Origin: an uncultured delta proteobacterium
Lineage (GTDB): Bacteria; Desulfobacterota; Binatia; UBA9968
Assembly (NCBI GenBank): GCA_963804165.1
Contig: CAWDPO010000046.1
Coordinates: forward strand, 256,001-320,000
Direction of reading: 5' to 3'
Length of the DNA: 64,000 nt
The translations under genes and the position numbers were made by a program. This document shows, piece after piece, positions 1-13,903 of the stretch. The notes beneath the pieces are model-generated. The model did no database searches. It was not told the origin of the DNA and was given only the letters and a program-made list of their open reading frames with translations. Numbering within the stretch: position 1 is the first letter of the stretch; the number at the start of each line of letters is the position of its first letter.

Positions 1-4371
<4,371 letters not shown>

Positions 4372-4527
4372 ACACCGGCCCTTGCTGCACGGGTCATCGA
4401 CAAGTTTAGGATTCTTGTTTTGAGTTAGCTCAACTCGGCTCAAAATCAAATATTCGAAACTGAAAGCTTGGAAGTTTCACGCCGCGCGCCGGGTACGTGG
4501 ATTGTATTGCTAAGAGAAGGGTAACCG

Positions 4528-6012
4528 ATGGGTAAACCGACTGGCTTTATGGAATATGAGCGCGAGCTACCCGAAGATCGCTCGCCGCTGGAACGGGTAA
4601 AGGACTGGAACGAGTTCCATGAACATTTCTCGGAAGAAAAGTTGCGCCATCAGGGCGCGCGCTGCATGGATTGCGGTATTCCGTTTTGCCATACCGGCCA
4701 ATTGATCAGCGGCATGGCTTCCGGTTGTCCAGTTAATAATTTAATTCCCGAGTGGAACGATCTCGTCTATCGCGGTCTTTGGCAAGAAGCGCTCAAGCGC
4801 TTACATAAGACGAACAACTTTCCGGAGTTCACTGGCCGCGTGTGTCCGGCGCCTTGTGAAGGCTCTTGCGTGCTCGGGCTAAACGAGCTGCCGGTCACGA
4901 TCAAAAACCTCGAGTGCGCGATTATCGATAACGGTTTCGCGCAAGGGTGGGTGAATCCCGACCCGCCCGAAAAGCGCACCGGGAAAAAAGTTGCCGTTAT
5001 CGGTTCGGGCCCGGCCGGTCTGGCGTGCGCGGACCAGCTCAATCGCGCGGGCCACATGATTACTGTCTACGAACGCGCCGACCGGATCGGTGGCCTGCTC
5101 ACGTACGGCATTCCCAACATGAAGCTCGACAAGACGATCGTGCAACGGCGTGTTGATTTAATGGCCGCGGAGGGCGTGGAGTTCATAACCAACGCTCATA
5201 TCGGAGTAGATCTGCCGGCGGCGAAATTGAAAAATGATTTCGATGCGGTGGTCATTTGCACCGGCGCCACCAAGGCGCGGGATTTACCGATTCCCGGGCG
5301 CGAGCTCAAGGGAATTCATATGGCCATGGAATTTCTTCTAGCCAACACGAAGAGCTTGCTCGACTCACAACGCCAGGATGGCAAATTCATCTCGGCCAAA
5401 GACAAGCATGTGATCGTGGTCGGTGGTGGAGATACTGGAACCGACTGTGTCGGCACGGCGATGCGGCACGGCTGTAAAAGCTTGACCCAATTGGAAATCT
5501 TACCGCGCCCTCCAGATACGCGCCAGCCCGACAATCCGTGGCCGGAATGGCCGAAAGTTTACAAGCTCGATTACGGCCAAGAAGAGGCCGCCGCCCGGTT
5601 TGGCGCGGACCCCCGCGTCTATCTGACCACGGGTGAAAAGTTCGTTGGCGACGACGCTGGCAACGTCAAAGAACTGCATATCTACGACGTCGAGTGGACG
5701 CGGAACGAACAGGGCGCATTTGTCCCAAGGCGAGTTCCAGCTTCCGAAAGAGTTTTGGCAGCGGAATTGGTTTTACTTGCGATGGGCTTCCTGGGACCGG
5801 AAGATACAGTGCTAACGCAGCTCCGCGTGGATCGCGATCCTCGGTCCAACGCCAGAGCCGAATACGGTCAGTTTGCCACGAACGTGCCGGGAATTTTTGC
5901 GGCGGGCGACTGCCGCCGCGGTCAGAGTCTGGTTGTTTGGGCGATCAACGAAGGGCGCGGCGCCGCGCGTGAGTGCGATCGCTTCCTCATGGGCGGAACG
6001 AATTTGCCGTAA
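4528..6012 (+). CDS. gltD: Glutamate synthase small subunit
   Basis: [10 protein letters not shown] start, CMDCGIPFC Fe-S motif, GSGPAG and GGGDTG dinucleotide-binding motifs; follows gltB. Confidence 0.97.
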   Translation: MGKPTGFMEYERELPEDRSPLERVKDWNEFHEHFSEEKLRHQGARCMDCGIPFCHTGQLISGMASGCPVNNLIPEWNDLVYRGLWQEALKRLHKTNNFPEFTGRVCPAPCEGSCVLGLNELPVTIKNLECAIIDNGFAQGWVNPDPPEKRTGKKVAVIGSGPAGLACADQLNRAGHMITVYERADRIGGLLTYGIPNMKLDKTIVQRRVDLMAAEGVEFITNAHIGVDLPAAKLKNDFDAVVICTGATKARDLPIPGRELKGIHMAMEFLLANTKSLLDSQRQDGKFISAKDKHVIVVGGGDTGTDCVGTAMRHGCKSLTQLEILPRPPDTRQPDNPWPEWPKVYKLDYGQEEAAARFGADPRVYLTTGEKFVGDDAGNVKELHIYDVEWTRNEQGAFVPRRVPASERVLAAELVLLAMGFLGPEDTVLTQLRVDRDPRSNARAEYGQFATNVPGIFAAGDCRRGQSLVVWAINEGRGAARECDRFLMGGTNLP

Positions 6013-6186
6013 GTACCCGCATGGTCAACTTGACAAAGGACGTGCCGACGACCGCAGCTTCGCGCAAGTTCGAGGCGGCATGACCAGATCTTGGTCGTCG
6101 ATGATATAGCCACATTTCTCGAAATTCTCTAACGTTCTTAAAACTCCTCGACGGTATTATTAAGTTGCCCTTTACCAATGGCACCT

Positions 6187-6232
6187 GTCGGGAACGCGAC
6201 TTTCCCGACTTGACACTGTGTCAGTGATGTCA
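6187..6232. promoter_or_regulatory. Hairpin plus palindromic TGACAC-T-GTGTCA site; candidate enhancer (UAS) for a sigma-54 activator
   Basis: GTCGGGAA/TTCCCGAC inverted repeat 6187-6209; perfect palindrome 6211-6223 about 75-85 bp upstream of the sigma-54 motif. Confidence 0.4.
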
Positions 6233-6296
6233 AAATCGAGGCCAATAGGGTGTCCAATTACACCGATTTACGGTCGTAACTAGTCTATTTTGGGCA

Positions 6297-6312
6297 TGGC
6301 ACTGGCGTTGCT
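6297..6312 (+). promoter_or_regulatory. Sigma-54 (-24/-12) promoter
   Basis: TGGCAC-TGGCG-TTGCT matches TGGCAC-N5-TTGCW with exact GG-N10-GC spacing. Confidence 0.75.
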
Positions 6313-6366
6313 TTAGGTAGCATGCGGAGGAATTAATTCTAGACGCGATATCGCGATAAAAATTAA

Positions 6367-6478
6367 CTCGCCTGAAAAAGCCGAACTCTCCGGGAAGGGA
6401 GGGCGGAAAGCCCCGGGTCCAGCGGCTGTCGGCGCTAGCGCTAAGCCGAGTCCGACTGCCGAGCCGGCCGAAAGCGAT
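6367..6478 (+). ncRNA. c-di-GMP-I (GEMM-I) riboswitch
   Basis: P1 TCGC(6368-71)/GCGA(6474-77); P2 CTCTC/GGGAG around a GGGA (GNRA) loop; core GGCGGAAAGCC..GGGTC and GACTGCCGAG..GCCGAAA resembles deltaproteobacterial GEMM-I; lies in the 5' UTR of 6514. Confidence 0.8.
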
Positions 6479-6513
6479 GAGACTGAGGAAAACAGAACAC
6501 TCGGAGTTGCACT

Positions 6514-7197
6514 ATGAAACAAAATACCGCTCAGGTCGCGGAATCAATGGTTACCGTGGATCGTGATCAACTAGACAAAGTAAACGGCTCAGCCGCCGCC
6601 GATGTTCGGGGTTTCGCGAAACAGCTACGCGCTTTGGGACAGGCGCTGGAGAAATTCAAATTCTCCGCCTTCGATCTCCAGTTGCAAAGCGGCATATACG
6701 TTGTTACCGGAAGAGCCGCAACGGCGGAGCAGATAAAGTTTTCGTTTTCCCGATTCATGCGCGAATTGTTCGAGGGCGTGATGCCACGGACCACACATAC
6801 GTACACCCAAGACCAGATGGACTTACGCTTTTCACTCGAGGAGATCGAGCGGTTCGACGTGCGCGGCCGGGTAAAGCGCCAGGACTCAAACAAGATGCCC
6901 GACCCTTATAGTATCTCGCAAATCTTGCGTGGTGCGGGTGCTTATCTGGACAATCGCGAGGTCGCGAACCTCTCTGCAATTTCGTTGCGCGGCAAATGGG
7001 TGACAGTGGCGTATGAGAGCCCCGAAGGCCGATTGGAGCAAGCCAAACAAGATTTAGAATACTTTTACGACTACTGGGTAAGGATGTATATGCGCCGCAG
7101 CAATCGCGTAAAGGTACCGGCGCCCAGCGAACCGACGCTTTTCGTGACGTGGGAAGGAATCCAAAAAGCCCACAGGCTCACGAACGTTCCTGGATGA
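6514..7197 (+). CDS. Hypothetical protein, two-repeat family (paralog of 27530-28036)
   Basis: 227-aa ORF with GGAG RBS; internal repeat LRALGQALE / LRGAGAYLD. Confidence 0.85.
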   Translation: MKQNTAQVAESMVTVDRDQLDKVNGSAAADVRGFAKQLRALGQALEKFKFSAFDLQLQSGIYVVTGRAATAEQIKFSFSRFMRELFEGVMPRTTHTYTQDQMDLRFSLEEIERFDVRGRVKRQDSNKMPDPYSISQILRGAGAYLDNREVANLSAISLRGKWVTVAYESPEGRLEQAKQDLEYFYDYWVRMYMRRSNRVKVPAPSEPTLFVTWEGIQKAHRLTNVPG

Positions 7198-7537
7198 TTT
7201 CAAATATATTGCGTCCTATCATGGGCGAATCGGTATCCCCGGCCTCCATAGAATCACCCTGGGTGTTTCTTAGCTTCACGTTGCGCGCCATTATCATCCG
7301 GCGGCATGAGCCGCGATGACTTGATATCGCCTTTATCTCGATCGAAGCGCTCTTCAGTTGACAATTTAGAAGATCGGTTGTTATGTTTCGCAAGGCTTGG
7401 GAGCATGCGATCGATGCATTGTAAGTTGGCCGCGCGCAGGTTCTGCCAGGTGATTGCTCGCGCGCTCGGTAATTGGGAATAGGTTTTAGCTCGCGCTGTC
7501 GTCCCACGTCTGTACATTCAAAAGTAGAAGGATTGTG

Positions 7538-8389
7538 ATGGCTCAATATTCGATGAAATGGCCGAATAATGCTCGCGTTGCGTTTGTGCTCGGCATCGCG
7601 TTGGAAGCATGGGATCGGACGAAGCCGACACAGGGAGCCGCCCTGCAGTCGCCGCTGCCCAAAGACGCGCTTTACAAATGGGACTGGTCCACGGAAACTT
7701 TCCGAGACTTCGGCCCGAAGATCGGCATGAAGCGACTCCTCGATATCTGCGACCAATACAAGCTCAAAGTCAGTATTCCGTTAAACGGCCTGACGTGCGT
7801 CTACTATCCCGACCTGGTGAAAGATTGTTACGAACGCGGGCACGAGCTGGTCGCGCACGGTTGGGAAATGGGCGAACGCCTTTATATGTTAACGCGCGAA
7901 CAGGAGCGCGACAATATTCTAAAAACTATCGATGCGATTGTAAGAGTCACGGGCGAACGTCCCACCGGTTGGTCATCGCCCGGTGTGCGTCCGAGCGACA
8001 ATACGGTCGAGCTCCTGGTGGAAACCGGGTTGGAGTACCACTGCGATTTTCACGACGATGAGATGCCCTATCCGATCTGGGCGGGCGATAAGCTTCTAGT
8101 CGAGTTTCCGCACCAATACACGATCAACGATCATCGAACTCAGGAAGAGGGTACGCGCCACGAATTCTTTGAGAAATTCAAAGACGAGTTTGATTACCGT
8201 TACAAAATCGGCGATGCGAACCCGACGATGATGAACGTAATCACCCATGCTTACCTGAGCTCGCGCATTCCCTTGATCGATACATTCGAGCAGATCGTCG
8301 CTTATGCGACGAGTCATAAGGACGTATGGCTGGCCCGTCGCGGCGATGTAGCGGCATGGGCGCGTAAGCAGTTCTTGGCGAACCGATAA
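7538..8389 (+). CDS. Polysaccharide deacetylase / PuuE-like hydrolase
   Basis: WPNNARVA start, GHELVAHG and PTGWSSPG motifs. Confidence 0.85.
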   Translation: MAQYSMKWPNNARVAFVLGIALEAWDRTKPTQGAALQSPLPKDALYKWDWSTETFRDFGPKIGMKRLLDICDQYKLKVSIPLNGLTCVYYPDLVKDCYERGHELVAHGWEMGERLYMLTREQERDNILKTIDAIVRVTGERPTGWSSPGVRPSDNTVELLVETGLEYHCDFHDDEMPYPIWAGDKLLVEFPHQYTINDHRTQEEGTRHEFFEKFKDEFDYRYKIGDANPTMMNVITHAYLSSRIPLIDTFEQIVAYATSHKDVWLARRGDVAAWARKQFLANR

Positions 8390-8425
8390 GTCCCGTCAAG
8401 TATCTCGGTTAAAAGCCAACCGGAG

Positions 8426-9397
8426 CTACTTGATCCAGAGATTGTTCAGATCGCCGATATTCGGCAGCAGGCCCAATGAAATTCCCGACTGCAAAATTTT
8501 GTTTTGTGACTGGAAGAAGCCCTCGCCCCACTTATCGGCAAAGTTGGCTTTGTTCTGCTTCAGCCCTGCGGCGATCTCTTCCGGCGTGCTCAAATTGAAA
8601 AGTTCCTTGGCTTTCACCTTGAAGAAGTCCTCGTCTTGACCCAATTTAATCACTTGGACCGCATCGATATAAGCGCTGCGTATGGCCTTGACCAGCACCG
8701 GCTGTTTTTCTACGGTCTCCCTGAGCATACCTACTGTCGATTTGAGTGGCGGCGCGCCAAAGATATTCTCGAGCTCGATGTCGAAATCGGCGAGCACGCG
8801 ATACTTGCCGGACATCACCAATCTCGTCGTGTGCGGCTCGAACATGTTGATCGCCTCCACTTCGCCGCGTTCTAAAAGCGCGATCAGGGCGCCGGTTTCA
8901 GCGGGCACGTTTTGAAAATCTTTCTCGATGTCGAGCTTCTGCTCCTTTGCTATTACGGCGGAAAAAAAATAGGCGCCGGTGACACGTGCGAAGTTGCCGA
9001 TCTTTTTGCCCTTGAGGTCGCCGAAAGATTTGTACGGCGCGTCCTTACGCACTACCCAGGAGTTGCCGGACCATATTTGCGGCGTGATCAAACGAATATC
9101 CGTGCCGCTCTTGACCAGATTGACCGCGGTGCTCGGTTGCATGGCGCTCGCCACGGTGCGGCCGAGCTTTACCGCATTCGCCGCTTCGGTGAAGTCCATC
9201 ATCATGTTATTGATCTTAATGCCGTATTTGGTGTCGAGCTTTTTGCTTTCAATCAGGGCGGCGATGTAACCCGACTGGCCGGCGGCGCTGGTGGCGATAT
9301 TCACTGTCGGCAGCGCCTGGCCGGCAAGCGCCGGCGCGCCGAGACCTGATGCCAACAAACAAAAAAGCATGGCCGAATAATCCCGTCTCGTCATCAT
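8426..9397 (-). CDS. NitT/TauT-family ABC transporter substrate-binding protein
   Basis: Signal peptide, DLKGKKIG motif, operon with ATPase and permease. Confidence 0.88.
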   Translation of the reverse strand: MMTRRDYSAMLFCLLASGLGAPALAGQALPTVNIATSAAGQSGYIAALIESKKLDTKYGIKINNMMMDFTEAANAVKLGRTVASAMQPSTAVNLVKSGTDIRLITPQIWSGNSWVVRKDAPYKSFGDLKGKKIGNFARVTGAYFFSAVIAKEQKLDIEKDFQNVPAETGALIALLERGEVEAINMFEPHTTRLVMSGKYRVLADFDIELENIFGAPPLKSTVGMLRETVEKQPVLVKAIRSAYIDAVQVIKLGQDEDFFKVKAKELFNLSTPEEIAAGLKQNKANFADKWGEGFFQSQNKILQSGISLGLLPNIGDLNNLWIK

Positions 9398-10155
9398 AAT
9401 TCGTCATCCTCCTTCAGACTCACTTTGGTTTCCAGCTCGGCAGCAAAATTATAAATCTCCGGGCACCAGCGACGCGGAGAAGGCAGCGGATTGGTCACGT
9501 AGGCATCGAGACGCGCCGGTCGGTTGGTCAGCGTGACAACGTAATCGCTCATATAGGCCGCTTCGGCGAGATTGTGCGTGACGAAAAGAACCGTGCGGTG
9601 CAATTGCTCACAGAGGCGCCGCGTCGTCTGGCGAAGTTTGCGCGCCGTAAGCTCATCGACGCTGGCGAAGGGTTCGTCCATGAGGACGATGTCGGACTCG
9701 ATTGCCAATGCGCGGGCTAAGCCGACGCGTTGGCGTTGGCCGCCGGAAAGATAGAGCGGAAATTGGTTGACGTATTCTTCGAGTCCGACAAGCCGCAGAT
9801 AGTGAGCGACACGCGACTCCCACTCGCTGTGAGCAACGCCGGCGGCTTTCAAGACGAGGCAAATGTTTTCGCCGATCGTTTTCCACGGCAGCAGGCGCGG
9901 GCTTTGAAACACGTAGCCAATGAGCGGCCGTGGTTGACTCCTGCCTGCGGTGAGAAATAGGAGATCGCCGCTGTCGAGTTTTTCCAGTCCGACGATGGAA
10001 TTGAGCAGGGTCGATTTGCCGCAGCCGGATGGCCCGATCAGAACCGTCACGCAGCCCTCGTGCGCTTCGAAGGACAGCCGGTCAATGACTTTCAGCGGCT
10101 GACCATCCTCGCGGCGAAACCACTTCTCCGCGTCCTGAACCAAAAGCTCGGCCAC
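9394..10155 (-). CDS. NitT/TauT-family ABC transporter ATP-binding protein
   Basis: GPSGCGKST, LSGGQ, LMDEPF, VTH motifs. Confidence 0.93.
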   Translation of the reverse strand: MAELLVQDAEKWFRREDGQPLKVIDRLSFEAHEGCVTVLIGPSGCGKSTLLNSIVGLEKLDSGDLLFLTAGRSQPRPLIGYVFQSPRLLPWKTIGENICLVLKAAGVAHSEWESRVAHYLRLVGLEEYVNQFPLYLSGGQRQRVGLARALAIESDIVLMDEPFASVDELTARKLRQTTRRLCEQLHRTVLFVTHNLAEAAYMSDYVVTLTNRPARLDAYVTNPLPSPRRWCPEIYNFAAELETKVSLKEDDEL

Positions 10156-11019
10156 CTAACGTCTCCAAACGTCGATTTTCGGGCGCCAAGCCGTGAGGCG
10201 TCGCTCGGCGAAGTTGATGATGCCGTATTCGATCACGATCATCGCGACCACGAACGTGAGCGTCCAGGCGATGACCCCTTCCATGTTGAAGACTTGATAG
10301 GATTTCATCACTTGATAGCCGACGCCGTTGCTGGTGCCGAACATTTCCACGACCACGACGACTTTCCAGGCAAGTCCTAAGCCATAGCGCGTCGCGGCAA
10401 AAATATTCGGCACTAGTTGCGGCAGGATGACCTGAGAGATCTTCATCCACTTGGTAAAATGAAAGACGTGGCTCATATCCATGAGCTCTTTATCGAGGGA
10501 TTTTACTCCCGCCCAGATGTTGATGACCAGCATGGGAAAAATCGTGACCGTCACGGCGAAGTAGGGAGAAAACTCATTGATGCCGAAGAGCATGACGGCG
10601 ATCAGCGCCCACATCAAACCGGGGATGGTTAGCCCGAGCACGACCAAGGGCTGAAAGAAACGTTCACCCATGACGACCGTACCCATATAAATGCCGACGC
10701 CGACGCTGAAGAACATCGCGATCACCGCACCGACGAATACCCGCCGCAAGCTTTGATACATATGGAAAAAGAACGTGCCGTCCGAAACCAACCGGGTCGC
10801 TTCCCGAACCGTGCTCAGCGGACTGGGCAACAGGCGCGGATAGATCGCCCAGAGTGCCCACCAGACGAGGACCACGCTTGATACGGCCAGCAGCGGCGGC
10901 AAAAGGCGTGCAGTCAAAGCGTGCGCCGAAGAGCTGGCGAAGGGCGGCACCGTTTCTGCGCCGGCGACGCCCGCACTTTGCCCCGCCATGGTTGCTTGGT
11001 TGTTTTGCTCGAAGGCCAT
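10156..11019 (-). CDS. NitT/TauT-family ABC transporter permease
   Basis: Multiple TM helices, LPSP motif, AWKVVVVVE helix. Confidence 0.9.
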   Translation of the reverse strand: MAFEQNNQATMAGQSAGVAGAETVPPFASSSAHALTARLLPPLLAVSSVVLVWWALWAIYPRLLPSPLSTVREATRLVSDGTFFFHMYQSLRRVFVGAVIAMFFSVGVGIYMGTVVMGERFFQPLVVLGLTIPGLMWALIAVMLFGINEFSPYFAVTVTIFPMLVINIWAGVKSLDKELMDMSHVFHFTKWMKISQVILPQLVPNIFAATRYGLGLAWKVVVVVEMFGTSNGVGYQVMKSYQVFNMEGVIAWTLTFVVAMIVIEYGIINFAERRLTAWRPKIDVWRR

Positions 11020-11159
11020 TTATCGAATGGATCTCATAAAGAGTGCAACTTTGTAAATCGCCGATTATTTACTAAATTGCAACGGAGCGTTGACTTGACC
11101 GTTGGGCTTTGTTTAGGCTCGGTGCTGTTCGAGCCAGTCCGGCGGGGGGAGGAATCAAT

Positions 11160-12281
11160 ATGGCAATCGCCGAGAGCGTCTTCGAGGCGCGGCCGATCGA
11201 AGAAGTGAAGGAAGAGCTGCTTGGGCGGGCGAAGGGAAACCGAAACCCGTTTCTCTACACGATTTTTCAAGAGGTCGCGCCGGTGATCAATGGGCTGCAT
11301 TCCGTCGATAGGGAAGAATGGGCCAAAGCGTTCAGCGCGTTGGCGGCGGCGCACGAGGAGCGGGCCGCGCAGGCTGAAGCCAAGGGCGATAGCGATACCG
11401 CTCGCAGGGAATATTTGATTGCCTACGACTATAACCACGTGGCGCGGTATCCGGCACCGAATTCGCCCGGCAAACTGGTTGCGTACCGAAAGTCACAGGA
11501 ATTTTTTCACAAGGCGGCGCGGTATTTCGATCCGCCGCTCGAGAGGGTCGAGATGCCGTTTAACGGACGGACCGGGGAAGGGAAGGTTTCCGTCGGACTC
11601 CTGCGAAAACCCAAGGGTATTGCCAAGCCCCCGGTTGTCGTCGTCTGGGGCGGCATCGATGCCTTCAAAGAAGAGCGCGCCAGCGATCCATATCTAAAGG
11701 CCGGACTCGCCCCGCTTGCGATCGATATGCCCGGCGTGGCCGATGCGCCTCTTGCCGGCTCGGAGGATGCTGAGCGACTCTGGGATGCAGTTTTTGATTT
11801 CATCGCGAGTCGGTCGGACCTCGATTCGGTTCGCGTCGGTGTTCATGGCGGCAGCACGGGCGGCTATTGGGCGACGAAGGTCGCGCACACGCACGCAGCG
11901 CGATTGCGCGCCGCGGTGAACCAAGGCGGTCCGGCCCATTTCGCCTTTCAAAAGGATTGGATTGCCAAAGCCCAGCGCGGCGAGTATCCGTTCGAATTGG
12001 CCGAAACTTTGGCGTGCGCGTTCGGCCGCTCCACGGCTAAGGAATGGGTTGAATACGCACCGAAGCTTTCGCTGCTCGATCAAGGAATTCTCGACAAACC
12101 ATGCACGGCGCTTCTGTGCGTCAACGGCGTCAACGATAGCGTTTTTCCCATCGCCGACATGCATCTCTTGCTCGAACACGGCAGTCCGAAGGCGGCGCGT
12201 TTTTATCCGGGTGGCCATATGGGCGGCGGCAATGCACAGGCGGCGATCATTCAGTGGCTGAAGGAAAAATTGACTGCATGA
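11160..12281 (+). CDS. Alpha/beta hydrolase (FrsA / 2,6-dihydropseudooxynicotine hydrolase-like)
   Basis: GGID, IDMPG, GGSTGG nucleophile elbow, C-terminal GHMG. Confidence 0.85.
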   Translation: MAIAESVFEARPIEEVKEELLGRAKGNRNPFLYTIFQEVAPVINGLHSVDREEWAKAFSALAAAHEERAAQAEAKGDSDTARREYLIAYDYNHVARYPAPNSPGKLVAYRKSQEFFHKAARYFDPPLERVEMPFNGRTGEGKVSVGLLRKPKGIAKPPVVVVWGGIDAFKEERASDPYLKAGLAPLAIDMPGVADAPLAGSEDAERLWDAVFDFIASRSDLDSVRVGVHGGSTGGYWATKVAHTHAARLRAAVNQGGPAHFAFQKDWIAKAQRGEYPFELAETLACAFGRSTAKEWVEYAPKLSLLDQGILDKPCTALLCVNGVNDSVFPIADMHLLLEHGSPKAARFYPGGHMGGGNAQAAIIQWLKEKLTA

Positions 12282-12334
12282 GGGCGGAGCGAAAGGAAGG
12301 TGGCGCGGCGCCGTTTGTCAACCGCGTTATTGAG

Positions 12335-12370
12335 CGCCCTCATCCCTTCACTCTCCCAGAGGGCGAGGGT
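12335..12370. repeat. CCCTCATCC..TCTCCC..GGG.GAGGG palindromic repeat
   Basis: Similar motifs at about 25211-25227 and 50781-50820. Confidence 0.4.
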
Positions 12371-12405
12371 TCGCGAAAATCGATCCTGAAAGGACGACGT
12401 AATTT

Positions 12406-12915
12406 CTAGCGTAAATTCTGCTGCTGGCGCATGCGGTCCAAGTCCTGGTGGTTCTGATTGCGGCGAATTTGATCCTGCAGCGAATTAATCTGCTGTTGGC
12501 GCTGCAAGTCGTTCAATTGCTGCTGCTGGCGCAGTGGGTCGGGCTCGCGCTGAATTCGATTGATTTGCTGGTCGGTTTGCAGGCGCTGGAGCTGCTGATC
12601 GTTTCGCTGCTGATCCAGTTGGCGCTGAGCTTGATTGGTTTCAGGCTGGTTGGGCTGTGCCGGCTCGATTTTCCGCTGCTTGACTTGATCCAATTGGCGT
12701 TGTGACTGTGCGCTTTCCCGGTCGCGCCTGAGATTCTCGATTTGCTCCTGCCGTTGTAACTCCTTTGTTTTTACTTCGTTACGAGCCTTGGTTTGTTCCT
12801 GCAAGATTTCTTTGATCTGATCTTCGGCTGCCCATGTTCGCATGGGGACGATGACCAAGACGCTGACGATACACCAAGCCAACCCGGCCGCAGCGAATTT
12901 CATAGGAACTCTCAT
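12406..12915 (-). CDS. Secreted glutamine-rich low-complexity protein
   Basis: Signal peptide followed by recurring QRQLDQ/QQQLN units. Confidence 0.7.
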   Translation of the reverse strand: MRVPMKFAAAGLAWCIVSVLVIVPMRTWAAEDQIKEILQEQTKARNEVKTKELQRQEQIENLRRDRESAQSQRQLDQVKQRKIEPAQPNQPETNQAQRQLDQQRNDQQLQRLQTDQQINRIQREPDPLRQQQQLNDLQRQQQINSLQDQIRRNQNHQDLDRMRQQQNLR

Positions 12916-12932
12916 ACCTACATCAAAGCAAA

Positions 12933-13889
12933 CTAACGCGGCGATGGCAACATGGAGAAATCCACCAGTTTTTCGGCGTCGAGAGTTTCCGGCACCGGCC
13001 GTTCTTCGCGAAGCAAATTTAAATAGCCGCGCACTTTCTTTATATCGATACCACCGTCGGGCGAAAGGATGCTGACGATGGTCTCGTAAGAGCGTTCCGC
13101 CTCGCTTTGGCTGATTTTGTATCGCGCCGCAATCATTCTGACCGCTTCGGCGCGGTTGGCGCGCTGCCAGGCGACGGCCGCCATCACCGCCGCTATTGTG
13201 TTTCTGATTCGGTCGCGGTGGTCACGAATCTCAGTCTGGGAGGTGAACAGTCCGACGTAGGGAATGTCGGCGAGGTCGCCGAGAAAGAGAAATTTCTTAT
13301 AGCCCGATGACACTGCCTTTTCGTCGAACGGCGGACTCAAGACCGCGCCGGACACCTGATTCGTCGCGAGCGTCGCAAAGCTGTTCGAAGTTCCTCCGGT
13401 GGTGACAAGACTCACTTGTTTCTCGTCCAATCCGAGTTTTTTGAATCCCGCGCGCGCGAAATAATAGGGCGACGATCGGATGTCCGAGATAGCAATCTTT
13501 TTGCCGACGAGATCGTGGGCTTTGGAAATGTCCTTGGTCGTGACCAAGACCCACGGCGTATCGCGATAGAGCGACAGTACGACCACGAGCGGCAAACCGG
13601 CCACCGCGGCGTTGATCGCGGCTTGCGGCGAAGTGAAGAAGTTAATATTACCGTTGAGGATCGCTTGCGGGCCGATGGCGCTGCGCATCTGAATGTATTC
13701 GACGTCCAACCCCGCTTTTGCGTAAAAGCCTTTTTCTTTTGCAATGTCGAAGGGCAAGGTGGAAACGGCGGACGATGGATAGCCGATGCGGACTTTCTGC
13801 GGAGCGTCTGCTGGCCATGAAGATCGAGGCAATAGCATTCCTGCGAAAAAAAGCCAAAGCGCCACCAAGGAGTTTCTAGCCATCAACAA
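12933..13889 (-). CDS. ABC transporter substrate-binding protein (NMT1/SsuA-like)
   Basis: Signal peptide, KVRIGYP, GLDVE and DLVGKKIA motifs. Confidence 0.88.
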   Translation of the reverse strand: MLMARNSLVALWLFFAGMLLPRSSWPADAPQKVRIGYPSSAVSTLPFDIAKEKGFYAKAGLDVEYIQMRSAIGPQAILNGNINFFTSPQAAINAAVAGLPLVVVLSLYRDTPWVLVTTKDISKAHDLVGKKIAISDIRSSPYYFARAGFKKLGLDEKQVSLVTTGGTSNSFATLATNQVSGAVLSPPFDEKAVSSGYKKFLFLGDLADIPYVGLFTSQTEIRDHRDRIRNTIAAVMAAVAWQRANRAEAVRMIAARYKISQSEAERSYETIVSILSPDGGIDIKKVRGYLNLLREERPVPETLDAEKLVDFSMLPSPR

Positions 13890-13903
13890 TTCTCGCGTTC
13901 CGA

